The position numbers and the translations under genes were made by a program. From Chlamydiota bacterium (lineage in GTDB: Bacteria > Chlamydiota > Chlamydiia > Chlamydiales > SM23-39), in NCBI GenBank assembly GCA_038534095.1, contig JBCAXK010000012.1, positions 1 through 34,540 of the forward strand: DNA of 34,540 nt. The letters run 5' to 3'. Under the pieces are notes generated by a model that saw only the letters and a program-made list of their open reading frames with translations, did no database searches and was not told the origin of the DNA. This document shows positions 1 to 8,957 of the stretch, one piece after another; position 1 is the first letter of the stretch; the number at the start of each line of letters is the position of its first letter.

Positions 1-72
1 ATGAAAATATTTTAACGCTAAAAAGTATTTTTCAAGAAAATATTTGCATCTATTTTTAGGAGTCAATTGATC

Positions 73-2148
73 ATGCTTCATTGCAACAGCTCCCCTTCTA
101 CTTTATCTGTTACCCCTCTTGATGCCCACCTTGAACCAAGCGCTCATCCTATACCTTCAGAAACATCGACCTTGAGAAAAATCAGGCGAATGATTTTTCA
201 AGAGAAAAATCTCAGAGCGGAGGTAGGCAGCTACTTAGAATTTTCCGATTTACGCTCCTGGCATCTCACTTCGAAGACTAGTCTCAAATTCGAAGAAAGA
301 TTATCGCAAATTCTGCAGAGATACGCTTTAATCAACCCTTTACGTAGAATTTCTCTGGGAAATTTTCATCTTTCTCCAAGCAAGCTTATGATCGGTTTTA
401 GAACTTTAGGTTCGCTTCCTGAAAAGATTCTTCTGAAGCAACTCCCTGAGCTTGAGAAAAGTCCAGCTACGCACCTCCCCAAAAAAGAATTATCCCCTTG
501 CTCGCTTGTACTGCGCGAATTGCATGCCAAAAGAGCGCAACTTTCTCTCGATTTTGCAAGATACGTCTACGATGCGTTCATCTTTTTCGCAAAGGAGGCT
601 CCTAATCGTCTGAACGAATTTTTTCCTTCTCTAAGCAATTTGAAGGCAACCATCAATGAACAACAAACCCCTCTATTCAAAAATTATCTTGTTCAATTGT
701 TTACGAAAGGACTTGAGGAAAACAATACACAATTTTTGCGACATTTGATCGATTACCTTGGCAGAGATCATTTGAAGAACTTCCTAAAAACAATACAATA
801 TTTCACGATCGGGGCCGTTAGTCATCCGAATGGATTTACGCTCATTAGCCGCTTATTTGCCCTCCGTCAAAATGAAGATGTATCTTGGTTGTTAAACATA
901 GCAAACTTTCGGCCAGCACTTTACGAAGCTGCCTCACAGCCTGCAGCAAACAACTTGCCTATTTTGCAATTACTTTTCCGTCACCACAGCGACAATCGGA
1001 CAGCAACAAAAGCCCTTTTTTTTGCCTACAAATCCAATCATGAAGAAGCTATCAGGTTTCTTTTAGAAAGCAACAATCATACTCCCTTTTTTAACTTTTC
1101 CTCATTTGTTCAGCTTTTGGGCACCGAATATGGGGATCAAAATCTTCCCCTTCCGCCTAGGTTTAGGGATCTACTATTTCGTCTATCTATAGGTAATCGT
1201 AACAGGATTCTTGACGTTTGGAATAGAGTATTATTGTATCGTTGGGATGATGTTCTACTTTTGTGGTTACGTGAACATCGAAACATTCTTTTAGCAAATC
1301 ACGCAAATCGTGTTTGCCTATATTTTTGGGAAGTATGTAGAAAAGAGAATTGGACGCTAGCAGCGAAGCTAGTACGACTTTTTGATGCGCGAATATTTAA
1401 GCAGATTCGCTATACTATTCACCTAAATCTTTTTCAAAGTTCTGCCTTTCTACAAGCGTGTTTAGCGTCCGGAGCAGCCGACTACCACATACACCGTACA
1501 AATCCCTATCGGACAGGAATGTGCCCGAGCGACCGGGCCTGCCGACTAGCCCGGCTAGGGAGCTATAACGAGGATTACAAAAACCTTTTACTATACTTGG
1601 GACACGATAAAATCCCCGAACTGATTAGAGCCTCTTTAGCGAATAAAAAAAAGATCCAAAGCTACATAAGAACTTTATTCACCGAGCTCATCGCAGGAAA
1701 TCTCCCCTTGGATTTTACAAACGCACGCAAGCAAAAAAAATCTACCATTACCACCCTCATTTCTTGTCTTGCTCCGGAAGAACGCTCTTTAGCTGCTAAT
1801 ACCTATTTTCAAAAAGCTTGTCGGGAAAAAAATTTCCAAGTAGCTTTCTCCCTACTAGATTACCCTATTCGCCTTTTTACAATATGGTCCACTTTCCACC
1901 ACGCTTTGCGTCATGGGCATGATTTGTTTGTAAAGAGGGTAAGCAAACAATCTCTTAAGTTTGCTGTTATGAAGCATGTTGCCTACATCACCTCCGCGAT
2001 ATCCCAAATCGGCGCTTGGATCTTGAGTCAATCGGCAAGACTCTTTGCTTTGATCAAAAACGCTCCCCTCTTTTTTTGGCAAAATTCTTTGCTCACGAAA
2101 GATCCGTTGCCTAAAGCTAGAAACGAACCCTCAGGAAGGCTTCAGTAG
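73..2148 (+). CDS. Hypothetical ~690-aa protein with F-box-like motif and degenerate ankyrin-like repeats; candidate secreted effector
   Basis: Long ORF; AGGAG at 58-62 precedes ATG 73. Ser/Pro-rich N-terminus; LRAEVGSYLEFSDLRSWHLTSKT resembles an F-box; ALYEAA..NNLPILQLLF and ALFFAYKSNHEEAIRFLLE resemble ankyrin repeats. Confidence 0.6.
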   Translation: MLHCNSSPSTLSVTPLDAHLEPSAHPIPSETSTLRKIRRMIFQEKNLRAEVGSYLEFSDLRSWHLTSKTSLKFEERLSQILQRYALINPLRRISLGNFHLSPSKLMIGFRTLGSLPEKILLKQLPELEKSPATHLPKKELSPCSLVLRELHAKRAQLSLDFARYVYDAFIFFAKEAPNRLNEFFPSLSNLKATINEQQTPLFKNYLVQLFTKGLEENNTQFLRHLIDYLGRDHLKNFLKTIQYFTIGAVSHPNGFTLISRLFALRQNEDVSWLLNIANFRPALYEAASQPAANNLPILQLLFRHHSDNRTATKALFFAYKSNHEEAIRFLLESNNHTPFFNFSSFVQLLGTEYGDQNLPLPPRFRDLLFRLSIGNRNRILDVWNRVLLYRWDDVLLLWLREHRNILLANHANRVCLYFWEVCRKENWTLAAKLVRLFDARIFKQIRYTIHLNLFQSSAFLQACLASGAADYHIHRTNPYRTGMCPSDRACRLARLGSYNEDYKNLLLYLGHDKIPELIRASLANKKKIQSYIRTLFTELIAGNLPLDFTNARKQKKSTITTLISCLAPEERSLAANTYFQKACREKNFQVAFSLLDYPIRLFTIWSTFHHALRHGHDLFVKRVSKQSLKFAVMKHVAYITSAISQIGAWILSQSARLFALIKNAPLFFWQNSLLTKDPLPKARNEPSGRLQ

Positions 2149-2390
2149 GCCTTTCTTGCGAGGAATGCACTTGCGCAGCTCAAACGAGACCCCTACGTCT
2201 GCCTATGTTTGTAAGCCCCATACATTTTCTCGAGCATCTCTCTTATCAACTAAGAAACTCCCGCTTTTCCTAGATCGAGCAGTAGTTTTAGTGATCTAAA
2301 GAACTTGGAGACAATGAGAGGCAACAGTTCCCTGACAAATAAAAACAAGTATAGAGGGCCTGGCATAGTCACTGAAAATGTTTTTCAGCA

Positions 2391-2666
2391 TTATTCTTCA
2401 GCTGGCTTTTCAGGAAATTCCCCTGAACAATCTTCTTCCGAATACTCATTACAGCTCTTCTCTACCGGATCATACCCTCCAGCGCTCCAAAACGAGCATC
2501 GGATGATCCTTTTGATCCCTAGATAGATCCCTTTGAGCGCCCCCCATTTTTGAATCGCTTGGATCATGTAGTGAGAACAGGTCGGATAATACCTGCAGCG
2601 CATGCCTAAAAGTGGACTCAATGTGTATTGATAAATACGGATCAATACAATCCAAAAATATTTCAT
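2391..2666 (-). CDS. yidD: Membrane protein insertion efficiency factor YidD
   Basis: [26 protein letters not shown]...RIIRC...GGYDPV signature; start placed at ATG 2666. Confidence 0.95.
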   Translation of the reverse strand: MKYFWIVLIRIYQYTLSPLLGMRCRYYPTCSHYMIQAIQKWGALKGIYLGIKRIIRCSFWSAGGYDPVEKSCNEYSEEDCSGEFPEKPAEE

Positions 2667-2733
2667 AAAAACAACCAATTGCTGTAAATGCGTCAATTCT
2701 CTAAAATGATGAATCGTTATCCTTTTTTATCAA

Positions 2734-2821
2734 GCGGAAATGGTGGAACTGGTAGACACGCTACCTTGAGGTGGTAGTGGGAGCACAAAATCCCTTGGGG
2801 GTTCGAGTCCCCCTTTTCGCA
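2734..2821 (+). tRNA. tRNA-Leu(GAG)
   Basis: Acceptor stem GCGGAAA/TTTTCGC; anticodon arm CTACC-TTGAGGT-GGTAG; long variable arm; GTTCGAGTC T-loop; CCA not encoded. Confidence 0.97.
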
Positions 2822-3071
2822 AATTCTTTTTTCATTCTTACTTTCCAGTTGATACGCGAATTTACATTCCCCAAAAAAAGAACTAGTCTACCTTCTCATC
2901 AAGATTTTGTTTGTCGTGGAAAGGTCTTTGAAGATACCTTTCCTACGTAACATTGTCAAATTTCTCCGAGAATAAACCTCATGTAAACCATTTTATCGGT
3001 AAACAATTTTTCTTGCCTTCACCCTTATCATACAACAAAACCCGCTTGTTTGCCTAAATACCTGATAAAAT

Positions 3072-3737
3072 CTACCTATCTTGTTCTAAACGTTTTTCTA
3101 AAAAACCGATTAAATCTGGGACCTGAGCGCAAGGGTCTAAATGAGAAATTCTCTGCGCTTTCCCCATCACAAAAAGGCTTTGCCACTCTTGAGGACTAAA
3201 CTCCCGCTCTTTTTTCTCTAAATGTTCTTTGCAGGCGCTGACCCCATTTGATAAGCCTTGAGCTTCCTTGCCGCAGTAAAAACAGCGATCTTGCAAATCG
3301 ATGATCCCCTCATGCAAAAGGAGCTTTAAGAGAAAACTACCAGTAAGAACGTCTGGATCAATCCCTAAAGGGAGGTGCTTAAGATAACAAGCAAAGAGGG
3401 CGTAAAGCTTAGGAGAGGGTTTTTCGGGAAGCTGTGAGCGCAAAAGAGCTTTTGCCATCGCCCCTGCCGCAAAGAGCGTTCCCATCGTAGAGCGGATAGA
3501 AAGCCCCCAATCGATGACCGAACTATCTTCTATTCTGTATAAAGTAGAGCGTTTTTTCTCATAAAACATCTCGACTTGAGAAAACGGATCAAAAATTTGC
3601 CCGTTTTGCGCCCCCTTTTTTTGCGCCGTTTTCTGAAAAAAAGAGAGTAGACCCAAAGGGGTATACATTTTTACAATTCTTGATCTTTGTAAATGCGGTA
3701 TGATCTGGAGGACAATGCCTTCCACTTTTTCAGTCAT
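3072..3737 (-). CDS. recO: DNA repair protein RecO
   Basis: N-terminal VEGIVL..SRIVKMYTPLG OB-fold; FLLKLLLHEG followed by CxxC...C zinc motif; ATG at 3737. Confidence 0.88.
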   Translation of the reverse strand: MTEKVEGIVLQIIPHLQRSRIVKMYTPLGLLSFFQKTAQKKGAQNGQIFDPFSQVEMFYEKKRSTLYRIEDSSVIDWGLSIRSTMGTLFAAGAMAKALLRSQLPEKPSPKLYALFACYLKHLPLGIDPDVLTGSFLLKLLLHEGIIDLQDRCFYCGKEAQGLSNGVSACKEHLEKKEREFSPQEWQSLFVMGKAQRISHLDPCAQVPDLIGFLEKRLEQDR

Positions 3738-3770
3738 ATTCCCTTGCTCGCTTAGCCGCAACGCTTCAGC

Positions 3771-3788
3771 ATACTTTCATGAAAGTAT
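3771..3788. promoter_or_regulatory. Perfect 18-bp palindrome, candidate operator upstream of recO
   Basis: ATACTTTCA|TGAAAGTAT in the divergent recO / tRNA-Arg intergenic region. Confidence 0.4.
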
Positions 3789-3980
3789 AGAAACTTTTTA
3801 AGCTTTGATAGAAAGTCTGTTCAAGCAAATCTTTTGCAGCTTTTACGGCTTTTCCATGGATAACTGTGAAAATCTGCAATGATGCTGGCAGTAGCTTGGC
3901 TTCACAATTTCTCGATTATAGCAAGGAGACGTCCTCTCCTCAATCTTTATGAAATAGACAAACTGAGGGTTATATGCATA

Positions 3981-4009
3981 TAGGCAAAAAAACCTGTCTT
4001 TGGTAGAAT
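3981..4009 (+). promoter_or_regulatory. Sigma66-type promoter for tRNA-Arg(UCG)
   Basis: TAGGCA-N17-TAGAAT with TG extension, 14 nt before the tRNA. Confidence 0.6.
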
Positions 4010-4023
4010 TTTTCTGTAGTCTA

Positions 4024-4096
4024 GCACCGATAGCTCAATGGATAGAGTACTTGGCTTCGGACCAAGTGGTTAGAGGTTCGAGTCCTCTTCGGTGCA
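4024..4096 (+). tRNA. tRNA-Arg(UCG)
   Basis: GCACCGA/TCGGTGC acceptor; anticodon arm CTTGG-CTTCGGA-CCAAG; GTTCGAGTC T-loop. Confidence 0.96.
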
Positions 4097-4124
4097 TATT
4101 TTTCTTCAAGCTTTTCAGGTTCTT

Positions 4125-5000
4125 TTACGACTCAATCGAAATTTTCGCAGAAAATGTGCTTTTGTTACCATCAAGTCTGCGGGGATTTTTCGCAGAAATG
4201 GGCTCGATGCACACAAAATCGGCTCCCTTAGGGGAGTAAATTTGACAAGAGATTTTTTCCCTATCTCCTTGATACGAGACGCGCAGCCTTGTGCTCCCCG
4301 TTTCTAGTAGTACCCATGAAGAGGCATTCTCAAAAAGGGGTAAAAATCCGTAATCGGCAAAATTTTCGAGATTAAAACGCAAAAATTCGTTGTCTTCAGC
4401 GAGCCACGCTTGCGGAATGGGTTTGAAAATCCCGCCATCGTTATAAGAAGGTTGCACAGGAGCAATAATAGCGCCTTTTTTCTGTTCCAAAGCGTAGTAG
4501 TAATGGAGTCCGCAAACACATTCCCGATCCGCTTCAACGCTCATCGAAATCTCCAACCCATCAGGGGCTAAGCAGGCGCGAAACTCCATAGAAAAATCAT
4601 ACCCCTCAAGATCCTTAAGGAACGCCCCTTGGTAGCGATCATTCCCCGATAATTGCGCTTCAATCGTATTCCCTTTATGCACATAGTTCCAAGGGACATA
4701 GCGAGCAATTCCGTGAGAAAACGGATCTTTTTGCCCCCGTCTCAATACTTCTTGAATATGGGGAAACAGGTCCGTTCGGAGGGGTTTGACGACAAGGTCT
4801 TCCTCCATCCGAAAAAAATGGGGGCCAATCAGAGGTCCTAAGCCAGAAAACCGCTGTAAAAAGGCCTTTTTTGAGCTTTGATCCATCACATCAAGGTCCC
4901 CCTTCTTCAGATGAGCAAGGTTCATCCCAAGCTCAGGGAAAAAAGTAGCAGAAAGGATCTCCTGGTTTGTGGTAGTATTTTTTAAACAAATTTCCTTCAT
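4125..5000 (-). CDS. Aldose 1-epimerase / galactose mutarotase-like protein
   Basis: HGIARYVPW, GLHYYY and FVCIEP motifs typical of the aldose epimerase fold. Confidence 0.8.
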   Translation of the reverse strand: MKEICLKNTTTNQEILSATFFPELGMNLAHLKKGDLDVMDQSSKKAFLQRFSGLGPLIGPHFFRMEEDLVVKPLRTDLFPHIQEVLRRGQKDPFSHGIARYVPWNYVHKGNTIEAQLSGNDRYQGAFLKDLEGYDFSMEFRACLAPDGLEISMSVEADRECVCGLHYYYALEQKKGAIIAPVQPSYNDGGIFKPIPQAWLAEDNEFLRFNLENFADYGFLPLFENASSWVLLETGSTRLRVSYQGDREKISCQIYSPKGADFVCIEPISAKNPRRLDGNKSTFSAKISIES

Positions 5001-5035
5001 AAATCCCTATATGAAATAACAGGCTTAAATTTTCT

Positions 5036-5452
5036 ATGTTTTCTTGCCCTTGCTGCAAAAATTTCGCCTATAAAGCGTGCTGCGCTCCCTATCATACCGG
5101 AAAGGCTCCAGAAAATGCGCTCCTTCTTATGCGCTCTCGCTACTCAGCCTACGCTCTTCGGCAGGCAGACTATATCCTCAAAACAGAACACCCCACCCTG
5201 CGAGCGAAGCAAGAAGCAGCGCACAAGGAAACCGTGGAGGATTTTTGTACAAAGACCACCTTTGAAAAACTCGTTATTTACGAGTTCTTGGAAGAAAAGG
5301 AGCGCTCTTACGTTACGTTCGAGGCGCACCTTTCTCAGAACGGCGCGTCTTACAGCTTTTTGGAAAAAAGTCTCTTTCTCTTAGAAAACGGGCTTTGGCT
5401 CTACGCAGATGGAGAGATCAAGAGAAACGGTGAAATAGGGATTTTTCATTGA
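5036..5452 (+). CDS. ychJ: YchJ family protein (SEC-C motif, NTF2-like domain)
   Basis: CPC....YKACCAPYH, ALLLMRSRYSAY, V.FEA, EKSLF..ENGLWLY.DG. Confidence 0.9.
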   Translation: MFSCPCCKNFAYKACCAPYHTGKAPENALLLMRSRYSAYALRQADYILKTEHPTLRAKQEAAHKETVEDFCTKTTFEKLVIYEFLEEKERSYVTFEAHLSQNGASYSFLEKSLFLLENGLWLYADGEIKRNGEIGIFH

Positions 5453-5477
5453 AAAAAGAACGCTCTCACTAGATAAT
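5449..5477 (+). promoter_or_regulatory. Possible sigma66-type promoter for the hpf operon
   Basis: TTGAAA-N17-GATAAT, about 30 nt before the hpf ATG. Confidence 0.4.
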
Positions 5478-5506
5478 AAATTCTGAATCTCAAACACGAA
5501 AAAGTC

Positions 5507-6148
5507 ATGACAAAAATTCATACCTTTGAACACGAAGACTACAAATTATCGATTGAGGCGAGAAACTTCCCTCTAACAGAAGCCATTCGGGAATATATCC
5601 TCAAAAAAATCGCGAAGATTGAAAAACTGAGCAAGCATGTGATCGAAATACATGTGGTGATGAGCAAACAAAAATTGGAATTTTCTACGCTCATCTCTCT
5701 CCATTTTTTACAAATGCACATTCGCAGTAAAGCTGTCACTGAAGACCTATACGCTTCGATTGACAAAGCGAGCGATAAGCTGCGCCGTTTGATTCAAAAA
5801 TACAAATCACAACTCCAAGATCACCATAACACCCCCTCTTCAACAATTGATCTGAATGTGAATGTGATCGCTCCTGAGAAAGATGAACTTGCGCAGATCA
5901 ACTCGGCAATTGAAGAAAAGAACTTTGAGATGCAACAAACCTTATACCAGCCTCACGATATCACCAAGGAAGGAAAGGTGAAAGTGCGCATGTTGACGCA
6001 GGAAGAGGCTGTGATGCTGATGGAACTGTCTGATCAACACTTTATGATTTACAAAAGCGAAGAAACACAAAAGTTCATGGTGATTTACCGCCGTGAAAAT
6101 GCAAGTTTTGGTTTGATAGAAATTGAAACAGCAGAAAAAAATTTATGA
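5507..6148 (+). CDS. hpf: Ribosome hibernation promoting factor, long form (HPF/RaiA with C-terminal dimerisation domain)
   Basis: RNFPLTEAIREYI..KI, EDLYASIDKA.DKL.R.IQKYK and C-terminal MLTQEEAVMLMEL...FMIY.......VIYRR...FGLIE. Confidence 0.93.
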   Translation: MTKIHTFEHEDYKLSIEARNFPLTEAIREYILKKIAKIEKLSKHVIEIHVVMSKQKLEFSTLISLHFLQMHIRSKAVTEDLYASIDKASDKLRRLIQKYKSQLQDHHNTPSSTIDLNVNVIAPEKDELAQINSAIEEKNFEMQQTLYQPHDITKEGKVKVRMLTQEEAVMLMELSDQHFMIYKSEETQKFMVIYRRENASFGLIEIETAEKNL

Positions 6149-6560
6149 TCCTGTTCGGCACCTTTGGTTAAAGGCTTTACCAGAAGAAATTGTCCGCCAA
6201 AAGCTTTTGTTGGAAATGATCGATCAAGGGTTCCCCAAAAGTCTCATCATCATTGAATCAAGCTTAGAGGCATTTATACCAAAAGGGACAAAAGCGCAAG
6301 ACCGGCGGGTCGATATTTTAGCGCTTTATCAAGAAAACGAAAACCTCCTTCCCTTACTTGTGATTGAGTGTAAAGCCTCCTCTCTTTGTAACAAAAGTGC
6401 CCTTCGCCAGTTGATTGGCTACAACAGCTCCATTGGAGCGCCTTTCATGGGCTTAGCAGGCTCTGAATCCTTTACTTTGTATTGGCAAGAAAAAAGTGGC
6501 CTCAAAACCACCTACTATTTACCCACTTATCAGGAGCTAACCCGCGCATGCAAACACTAA
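6123..6560 (+). CDS. Stand-alone type I restriction enzyme HsdR N-terminal-like domain (PD-(D/E)xK nuclease fold)
   Basis: YDPVR......PEEIVRQ, RVDIL, VIECKA, QLIGYN; TTG start overlaps the hpf 3' end. Confidence 0.85.
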   Translation: MKQQKKIYDPVRHLWLKALPEEIVRQKLLLEMIDQGFPKSLIIIESSLEAFIPKGTKAQDRRVDILALYQENENLLPLLVIECKASSLCNKSALRQLIGYNSSIGAPFMGLAGSESFTLYWQEKSGLKTTYYLPTYQELTRACKH

Positions 6561-8110
6561 GCTTATTGCAAGAAAAAATCCCACTACTCAAGGACTACAA
6601 ACCCTCTTCACTTGAAGGGAAACAAACAGAAAACTGCAAGAAAATTCTTGAGATCCCTAAAGCAACCATTTGCCTGTGTTACGGCGTTTCTACAAAAGCC
6701 TATTTTCTCGCAACATCCCATTTGAGCAATCCCGAAGCGCGGTTGATTTTTCTCGAAGATTCTTTAGACGAGCTGCTCCTATTTTCTCAAGATCCCCAAG
6801 CCAAAATGATCATCGAACATCCACAAGTATCGTTCGAATTTCTTTCTAAACCGTCAGGACTAGAATCTACTTTCCGAGAAATTCTTTGGAAGTACTTGCT
6901 GCAAACAGTCTGCTTTGTCACAACCAAAGATTGCCCTTTTGCCCAAAACCTCTTTGCTTACATGCAAGAAGGGGTCCATTTTACTTTTTCCGATTACAGC
7001 GATTTTGGGAAAAAAGTGTTGGAGAATGTCACAAAAAATCTGACCTCCTTATCAAAAGTGTGTAAATTAGACGATGCAAAAAACTCTTTCAAAAATGTGC
7101 CTGCTTTCATTGTAGGAGGAGGGCCAAGCTTAGACCAAGACGCCCCTATCTTAGATCGCAATAAAGGCATCATTTTTTCTGGAGGCTCTACTTTAGCGAT
7201 TCTCAAACAAAAAGGGATTACTCCCCATTTTGCCGCAACGATCGATAAAGAGGCTCCCCACCACATTTTTTCCAAGGCCGACCTCAAAAATCCCACCTTT
7301 CTTTTTCAGCTGCGCGCCAATCCCCAGAACGTGAAACTGGGGAAAAAGCCCCCCATTTTAGCCCCTTCAAACGGCGGGTATCCCCTAGAAGATTTCATGA
7401 CAGATGGACTCGACCTGTCTTCTTCCTCGAAAGACTATGGCTGGAACGTGTCCACCTTTCTCTGCGCCGTAGCTGCCGAGATGGGATGCTCTCCCATCAT
7501 TTTAGTAGGACAAGACCTATGTCACGATTCGGCGAAGGCTTACGCAGAAAACCTTGCAATCCGAAAAGAACAAATCAATTTTTGCAAAACCAAAGACCGT
7601 CATGGAGAAGAAGTCATCACCCAACGGGACTGGCTGTTTGCTAGAGACTGGTTTTGTCAATTTGCAAGAAAGCATCCTGGAGTTTTGCAAAATGGAACCT
7701 CAAGAGGGCTTGCCTTTGAAGGGATTGCGCGATTTGAAGGGCTAAATCCCTTCCCCAAAAAAATCGATGATCTTGTCGCCTCCATGACAAAAAACCTTCC
7801 CCGTTATCCCGTAGAGGAAAAACCTTTAGGGATTGTTGCTAGCACCGCTCGTTTGAAGAAACTCGTCAAAGAGGGATTAGCCTCACTAGAAGCCCTTTAT
7901 GAAAAGCAGGCTCCTGTCCCACACGAATTCTTCACCCTGATAGAAGAAGAGCTCTTCTACGCAAAACATATTGGCCCGATGTGGGCTCTTTTTGGCACAA
8001 TGATTTTGGAACAAGGGGACAAAAAACCCCACACAAAAGCTTTGCAACAACTGCTCTTTATTGAAGAACTAGCCAATCTTTTACCTCCTGAAGATTGGAA
8101 AGGTTTATAG
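6548..8110 (+). CDS. Motility-associated factor (Maf / DUF115) glycosyltransferase-family protein, paralogue 1
   Basis: FKNVPAFIVGGGPSLD, GITPHF..TID, GCSPIILVGQDL; ATG 6548 overlaps the preceding gene. Confidence 0.85.
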   Translation: MQTLSLLQEKIPLLKDYKPSSLEGKQTENCKKILEIPKATICLCYGVSTKAYFLATSHLSNPEARLIFLEDSLDELLLFSQDPQAKMIIEHPQVSFEFLSKPSGLESTFREILWKYLLQTVCFVTTKDCPFAQNLFAYMQEGVHFTFSDYSDFGKKVLENVTKNLTSLSKVCKLDDAKNSFKNVPAFIVGGGPSLDQDAPILDRNKGIIFSGGSTLAILKQKGITPHFAATIDKEAPHHIFSKADLKNPTFLFQLRANPQNVKLGKKPPILAPSNGGYPLEDFMTDGLDLSSSSKDYGWNVSTFLCAVAAEMGCSPIILVGQDLCHDSAKAYAENLAIRKEQINFCKTKDRHGEEVITQRDWLFARDWFCQFARKHPGVLQNGTSRGLAFEGIARFEGLNPFPKKIDDLVASMTKNLPRYPVEEKPLGIVASTARLKKLVKEGLASLEALYEKQAPVPHEFFTLIEEELFYAKHIGPMWALFGTMILEQGDKKPHTKALQQLLFIEELANLLPPEDWKGL

Positions 8111-8282
8111 GGGAAATGCGTATTGCTTGACATGCCTGCTAAAAAAGGAGGAGCGTTTTGAAAATGGTTTTATTGCAATCTGCCAAAAGTGGGTTTTGAT
8201 GAACACCTGTTTTCAGTAAAAAAACACTCTCGTTTTGAGCAGCAACATAAGAGAGGCAGTAAAAAAGTGGACGTTGACAGCC

Positions 8283-8765
8283 ATGAAACAGCGTAAAAAA
8301 ACACTAACAATCCCTGATAAAGGTCCTCGCAAAGATAGGTCCATTGATCATTTACTCAAAAACTGTAAAAAAGTACTGGCTGAGCAGCTTGCCCCTCGCC
8401 CTAATAAATCGAGCTTCCCACAGCTCAATTATTCGGTTGCTAGAAAAGCGATTTGTGATTTCAAAAAAATTCATCCTGATCCATTACTCATTATAGACCT
8501 CCAGTTGACTTATGTTGAATATGGAGCGCAGTGTACTTTAGCCTATGGTGACATCGATGCTACCTTTTATGACAGCATCGAACGTATGTTCCGAAAAACG
8601 TTGAAAAATATGGAACAGCATGGATTGCTAGACCTATTTCAAAATCGGTGTTTGGCAATCCAAAAAAGCACGTGCAACTTGGGGTGGGGCTTTGGAGATG
8701 CTATTCATGAGTTGTGCCAAGAGTATTTCCCGGAACGAACTACATGTACCGCTTACTCCCTATAA
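8283..8765 (+). CDS. DUF6155-like protein, possibly N-terminally truncated
   Basis: ARKAI.DFKK, DL.L.YVE.G...T..YGDID..FY.S...MF and GWGFGD recalled as the DUF6155 pattern; start uncertain (8235 TTG or 8283 ATG). Confidence 0.65.
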   Translation: MKQRKKTLTIPDKGPRKDRSIDHLLKNCKKVLAEQLAPRPNKSSFPQLNYSVARKAICDFKKIHPDPLLIIDLQLTYVEYGAQCTLAYGDIDATFYDSIERMFRKTLKNMEQHGLLDLFQNRCLAIQKSTCNLGWGFGDAIHELCQEYFPERTTCTAYSL

Positions 8766-8957
8766 CCAAGTTGATATGTATACAAGTCTTGTCTATTACC
8801 TAGGTCTCGATTAGCGATACTATGACTACGCTCTAAAGTTACGGCGCGGTGAAACCCATCCCCTTGTAATCACGCTTTTTCTCTCTTTTTTCGAGAAAAA
8901 AATTTTCTGATCATCTACGTTGAAGTTTTACCCAGTTAGGGATATTCAGGAGAAACT

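Noticed and set aside
2734..4096. tRNA-anchored genomic island or prophage
   Set aside because: No integrase or transposase, and no duplicated tRNA 3' end was seen anywhere in the window.
4024..4096. tRNA-Arg with UCG anticodon as a novelty
   Set aside because: Uncommon in many bacteria but, as recalled, a normal part of chlamydial tRNA sets.
4000..4307. Plus-strand ORFs 4000..4239 and 4092..4307
   Set aside because: Overlap tRNA-Arg(UCG) and the antisense of the epimerase gene; shadow ORFs.
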